From Rhodobiaceae bacterium (GTDB lineage Bacteria > Pseudomonadota > Alphaproteobacteria > Rhizobiales > JAKPQE01): DNA of 64,000 bases. The DNA is taken from assembly GCA_028278505.1 (NCBI GenBank), contig JANQEG010000128.1, forward strand, positions 16,047 through 80,046. Reading direction: 5' to 3'. A model generated the notes under the pieces. It did not search any database, was not told the origin of the DNA, and saw nothing but the letters and a program-made list of their open reading frames with translations. The first letter of the stretch is position 1; each line of letters begins with the position of its first letter. Position numbers and translations under genes: made by a program. Of this stretch, positions 63,300 through 64,000 are shown one piece after another.

Positions 63300-64000
63300 C
63301 TACATCGAGGGCGGCCAGGGCCTCGTCTTCACGACATTGAACTCGTCCAGAGCGTTTTCGAGCCAGCGGATGTCATCGATCATCAGCCGCCGGCTGAGTT
63401 CGCCATCCCGGTTCATCATCGCGTCGAGAAGATCGGTATGAAAGTGAATCTGGGTCTTTGAAACCGATACCCCCGATATATCGCGCAGATAGTCGACGAG
63501 AATGGTCAAAACGGTCTCGCCGACCGCGCCCAGAATAGCGTTTCCCGACATGCGGACGATCAGGCGGTGAAAACGGAAATTCAGCGCCCGCGCCATTTCG
63601 CCGGCCGCGACGGTTTCCTGCGCTTCGTGGAGGGTTTTCGACAGTTCGGCAAAGTCCTCGATGGTGCCGCGCTCGGCGACGCGCGCTGCGGCATAGGGTT
63701 CGATGAGGTAACGGACGGCAAACAAATCCCCGATCGGCACCTCGCCGCCGGCGACGAGATGTCTGATCGAATTGATCAGAGGTCGATCATAGTCCTGCGC
63801 AACGAAGACGCCGCCCTTGGCGCCGCTCTTGACGTTGACAAAACCGGTAAGCTCCAGAACCCTGACCGCTTCGCGAACGGCGACACGGCTGACACCGAAC
63901 TGGTCGGCCATTTCACGTTCCGGAGGCAGGCGGTCAAGGCGCTTGAGTTCACCCGCGAAAATGCGATCTTTGATCTGCTCCGCGACCTCCTCGTAGGCTT
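63300..64000 (-). CDS. GntR-family regulator (FCD subfamily), 5' end beyond window
   Basis: 'EREMADQFGVSRVAVREAVRVLELTGFV' wHTH. The frame stays open upstream of the ORF-track Met to the window edge ('...KAYEEVAEQIKDRIFAGELKRLDRLPP'). Confidence 0.8.
   Translation of the reverse strand, partial: AYEEVAEQIKDRIFAGELKRLDRLPPEREMADQFGVSRVAVREAVRVLELTGFVNVKSGAKGGVFVAQDYDRPLINSIRHLVAGGEVPIGDLFAVRYLIEPYAAARVAERGTIEDFAELSKTLHEAQETVAAGEMARALNFRFHRLIVRMSGNAILGAVGETVLTILVDYLRDISGVSVSKTQIHFHTDLLDAMMNRDGELSRRLMIDDIRWLENALDEFNVVKTRPWPPSM

Overview
High-GC chromosomal segment with alphaproteobacterial, Rhizobiales-like character. That assignment is inferred from gene content, the carD-fdxA-S4-helicase synteny and GC-rich hairpin repeat families. 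It was annotated by eye from the sequence and ORF track, with no database searches. Start codons were chosen manually from ATG/GTG position, SD-like purine runs and stop/start coupling. GC statements are visual impressions, not computed values.

Core content, left to right:
- nadE 3' end and a secreted PDZ/Sel1/PG-binding protein.
- A Hyb-type [NiFe] hydrogenase operon, hybO-hybA-hybB-hybC-(REP)-hybD, on the minus strand, with a perfect FixK/FNR-type box upstream.
- A GntR-regulated cluster: intradiol dioxygenase, TRAP transporter dctPQM, OsmC, nitroreductase, FAH and YciI.
- An FNR/FixK-like regulator divergent from a membrane-anchored cytochrome c.
- rpoH, carD, fdxA, an S4/Hsp15-like gene and a SUV3-like helicase.
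- An SLC13 permease, two paralogous YafK-like L,D-transpeptidase genes, accA, lolA, ftsK and an aminotransferase.
- glnK-amtB, tesB, a UbiH-family hydroxylase, an aldolase/SDR fusion and a GAF-PAS-GGDEF-EAL protein.
- A second hydrogenase accessory block (hypC/hupF-like, hybE/hupJ-like, hupK-like).
- Two c-type cytochromes, a class III aminotransferase, glycerate 2-kinase and tRNA-Arg(CCU).

Accessory and unusual content:
1. An AT-rich single-gene island (about 8690-12040) encodes a 1017-aa protein. It has an N-terminal RelA/SpoT (alarmone-synthetase/toxSAS-like) domain fused to about 800 aa of unrecognised helical sequence. A decayed crp/fnr gene remnant sits at its right border. This is my top candidate for an undescribed system (a fused sensor-effector).
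2. A second AT-rich island (about 43750-47000) is bracketed by REP hairpins. It holds an intact HtrA/DegP-like ORF in which all three catalytic-triad residues are substituted, an IS5-family transposase remnant and a class II Fic gene preceded by direct and inverted repeats.
3. Several miniature repeat families are present, including a roughly 170-bp composite element in at least three copies.

No CRISPR array, rRNA or integrase was seen.
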